From assembly GCF_964188315.1 (NCBI RefSeq), contig NC_135657.1, forward strand, positions 76,198,001 through 76,262,000: a stretch of DNA of 64,000 bases. The letters are read 5' to 3'. Below, one piece after another: positions 62,151 to 64,000 of the stretch. Made by a program: the position numbers and the translations under genes. The DNA is from Podarcis muralis (lineage: Eukaryota). The notes beneath the pieces were generated by a model. That model saw only the letters and a list, made by a program, of their open reading frames with translations. It had not been told where the DNA came from and made no database searches. Each line of letters starts with the position of its first letter. Positions within the stretch are counted from its first letter, which is position 1.

Positions 62151-64000
62151 CAAGGGATGTAGCTTCAATGTAACTACAGAATTAACTATGGGTCCTTTAA
62201 TGATTGCAGGCAGCTATCCATCGTGGTTCTGGAAAAGAGGCTTAGGGATTCTATAGCAGACAGGGTAATGTGGGAATGTTTCCTAAAGGAAAAAAGTTTT
62301 GAGGGAAAACTCTCCCCTAAACATTTTAAAGAGCAAAACAGATGGCTCAGCAGAGCTTCTATACTTCCAGTGTTCCAAAGATAGTAATACCTGACTGGAA
62401 TTCTACATTATTTCAGATAACAAATAGAACAAAATGCTTTATCATCCAAATACGTTTTTTGGATGGATAATCCTTAGCTGATAAAGTTAAATGAAATGGA
62501 ATAAATTCCAACTGTTCTGATACCAGCCTTGCAAACTGAACGTGCTTCTGTAGAAAAGTTTTAATACAATTTCAAAACCAGACTAAATATGATCAGTCTC
62601 CCATAAGTCAGTTGGAAAGGTACTTTAAATTTGAGTTTTGTGAAAGTCATGAATATGTAATTGGGAAACTGATGTTGTTTTACCACTCTAGCCATTTCTC
62701 CTTTTATTCCACCAGGATTACACACTGTTCCTTTCTTAGCTAAAATAGAGGGCTTTTCTTGGAAGGCATGCTGCCAAGGCAAATCTGTCATAAACTGTAT
62801 TTTGTAATGCAATTTCTACAAATTCTAAGAATAATCAACACATTTCCATGGCAGTTATTTTTAGCACAAAGTTCTGATTAACCATTGTTGATTGAAGCAA
62901 GCCTACATCATAAACAAAGGTTTGAAGTTGGCACGCTTGAGTAAATTGTAGTTAAAACTAACCACAGTTTGGATAAACTGAAGTTTTGGTAAAAAGGGAA
63001 GGGACAGCCTGCAGGCTGTATTTGATATAGTGTATCAGTGCTGTATCCCTGTAGAGAATTTGATAAAATGTTTCACATATCAGTTTTACAGCCTCAGTTT
63101 TCTTCATATTTGTACTTTTGTCTCACATTTCATCGAAGCCAATAAAAAGGGATCAGCAATGGTTTATTTAGGTGTGACCATCAGCAATAAGGGTTGTTTC
63201 CTCAGAATGTACCTTATGCCAAAAGAAATCTTGTGATTTTGACACATGAGATCTACGAAGGTCAGTGGATAGAGTTCACACTTGGCCATATAGTTTAGAT
63301 CACCAGTTCAATTGCTTTGGGAACTTGACTATCAGTCATAGTTTCCATTTTTTCATAGTTTCTGAATACTACTTGCTGGAAACCACAGGAGGGGATAGCT
63401 CTTCCAGGTCCTACTTTCAGACTCTCTATAGACGTCTGGTTGGCTACTGTAAAAACAGTATGCTAGAATACATGAGCCACTGGACTATTCCAGTAGGTTC
63501 TTATGATCTTCTATTTATCATGGGAATGGTTCTATTTAATGGCCATCTCCAAATTTTACTTATGTTCATGTTTTCCTTGTCATGCCCACTGGCTTTTATA
63601 TGTATTCATATTTATATGTGTTCATCATTATATAGATATTTATTCTGTTTTTATTGTTTTGTAAATCTTATGACATTTTCAGCCTCCTTATTGCAAGCCA
63701 TATTGAAGCTATCTTGTGAAGGGCAAGGTGTAAATAATTTAAATGCAATGAATAAAATCACAAAACAATGGCAGGTTGGATTTTCCGGTCTTTTGCATGT
63801 GGTACACAACTGTACTAGGGTGGGTGTGGTGAGGAATTAGTGAGGCCCATAAGCAATGTAGGAGCCAGCTCAAATGAAAATCTTCCTTGCTTTTTTGGAA
63901 AATCTTCCTTGTTATTTCTTGCCATTAAGAACCATTTCATAATATCCTGCATCAATCCTAATTAATACAATTTTAGGATGAGGCATTCAATATTTTCTTG

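Noticed and set aside
63265-63840. 191-aa ORF on the + strand
   Set aside because: GTG start, antisense within the FUT9 intron, includes a CR1 3' UTR remnant and AT-rich low-complexity sequence; no recognisable domain

Overview
Vertebrate genomic DNA from a squamate reptile, most likely a lacertid lizard. This is inferred from the repeats: Sauria SINE, Squam2/Squam3-type SINEs including a Squam3B-like copy, and Bov-B. Only one protein-coding gene is supported: FUT9 (alpha-1,3-fucosyltransferase 9) on the minus strand, with a single coding exon. Its CDS is 57914-58990 (358 aa), and the splice acceptor lies 8 nt upstream of the ATG. A canonical poly(A) site near 47230-47250 predicts a ~10.7 kb, TE-poor 3' UTR. 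Positions 58999-64000 are upstream intron. Positions 1-47200 look intergenic and are full of TE fragments: RTE/Bov-B, L2 and CR1 LINEs, SINEs, hAT and Tc2-type MITEs, and four solo-LTR-like elements, several with intact TSDs and several nested. The most unusual observation is that two divergent neighbouring solo LTRs (35274-35774 and 36136-36921) share a protein-like frame. It runs V-R-D from the LTR edge, then an acidic tract, then P-[RK]-T-x-Q-x-x-R-V at almost the same offset, hinting at an LTR-overlapping ORF in this retroelement group. No prokaryotic-type systems (CRISPR, operons), rRNA or true tRNA genes were seen. Repeat family names come from recognition, not database searches, and boundaries without TSDs are approximate.
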